This document shows positions 62,970-64,000 of a DNA stretch of 64,000 bases, one piece after another. Position numbers and translations under genes: made by a program. Every line of letters starts with the position of its first letter. Within the stretch, counting starts at the first letter, position 1. The stretch covers positions 117,614,001 to 117,678,000 of the forward strand of contig OZ024745.1 in the NCBI GenBank assembly GCA_964016885.1. The letters run 5' to 3'. The notes below the pieces were generated by a model. It did no database searches. It worked only from the letters and a program-made list of their open reading frames with translations, and had not been told where the DNA came from. The DNA comes from Eledone cirrhosa. Taxonomy: Eukaryota.

Positions 62970-63240
62970 ATCATCATCATCATCATCATCATTTAATGTC
63001 CATTTTTCCATGTTTGCATAGGTTAGACAGGCTGACACATGAGACAAATCGGTCTGGAGACCAACATGCTCATATGGATCTGTATTTTGGTTTGGTTTCT
63101 ATGGCTAGAAACACTTCCTAACACCAACCATGTTAAACTGGGTGGTTTTTTTTTTTATCATGGCACTGAAATGACCACTTAAACAGGGTGGTCTGGGTGC
63201 TTTTTGTCATATGACCAACAGAACCAATATACAGGGTGGA
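62970..63240 (-). mobile_element. Decayed SINE with RTE-type tail
   Basis: (CAT)n followed by tail homologous to 60770-60920. Confidence 0.75.
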
Positions 63241-63805
63241 CTGGAAACTCAGACTCAAAACAATATTTACTATTCACTCCCTTCTACCCTAAACATAGAC
63301 AAATAGATATTTCTTTTACATTGGTGAAACAAATATGCACAATTGTTTCCAATCCCTCAATATGAGATCAAAGGCTGGTAGAACTACAAAATTGCTTACA
63401 GTCAGTAAAAGGTAAATCAAAAGTAACCCCACTTCCATTTATATCAACATACAACCAGAGGAACATTAAAATCCATAATCACATTCATAGGAGCCTACCC
63501 ATTTTGTATAATGACCAAAAAAAAAAATGAAAAATATCTTGGAACTCATAATCTTGTCTCTGTTTTAATATGCTGAGAATTCCCTCCATGCACATGGTTT
63601 TTCCTGCAGCTTAAGTGGAACTTAAATGGCAACAATTTTACTAGGCCCTGCAAAGTCCATCAGCACTACTAACCTAACTAAATAAATATTATCATAATTT
63701 TACATCCGTTTTTCCATAGTGTCATGGATTGTATGTCTTCTGGAAGTAAAATTTCCAAACAACTCATGCTTTATACACTGGATACAATGGCATTATTACT
63801 AAGGG

Positions 63806-63995
63806 CAGTGGATTGGCAGTATCAGTAGAGGGTCGGACACCATGCTTTTCTGCATAAAGTTACGTCCCTTTACAGTCTGAGTTCACATCCTGCCGAGGTT
63901 AACTTTGCCTTTCATCCTTATGGGGTCAATAAAATAAAGCACCAGTAATGTACTGAGATAATTGCTGGCCTTGTGCCTAAAGTAGAAATAATTAT
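63806..63995 (+). mobile_element. tRNA-derived SINE (short form), TSD ATTATTAC
   Basis: Homologous to 19376-19560. Confidence 0.9.
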
Positions 63996-64000
63996 TACAA

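Overview
AT-rich, repeat-dense eukaryotic (animal) genomic DNA. The SINE/LINE families resemble those of octopod cephalopods, but that is an inference from recalled repeat families, not a database result. The window opens with a 7.9-kb, indel-free 28-bp satellite. Three spliced protein-coding genes can be reconstructed on the + strand. (i) A terminal exon at 9509-9701 encodes a TM helix plus a short tail ending in PPF, possibly a KASH-type C-terminus. (ii) A small C10orf143-like gene has exons 26333-26482 and 31080-31106 (motif CxxCxAGDS|GHINH) and a probable first exon near 25.8 kb. (iii) A short-chain dehydrogenase with the FabI/FabL-type Yx6K catalytic motif has exons 44223-44307, 50674-50745 and 55371-56161, with the whole enzyme domain in one exon. 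The rest is layered, mostly decayed mobile DNA: RTE, CR1 and CRE-clade LINEs, several tRNA-derived SINE families, two TTAA/piggyBac-type MITE families, a MULE with a 9-bp TSD, hAT MITEs with 8-bp TSDs, two Helitrons and solo LTRs, often nested. The most novel-looking signal is a repeat family carrying a hammerhead-ribozyme-like core (CUGANGA-stem-GAAA). It shows stem-II covariation across three copies, two of which are direct repeats 540 nt apart (retrozyme/Penelope-like architecture).
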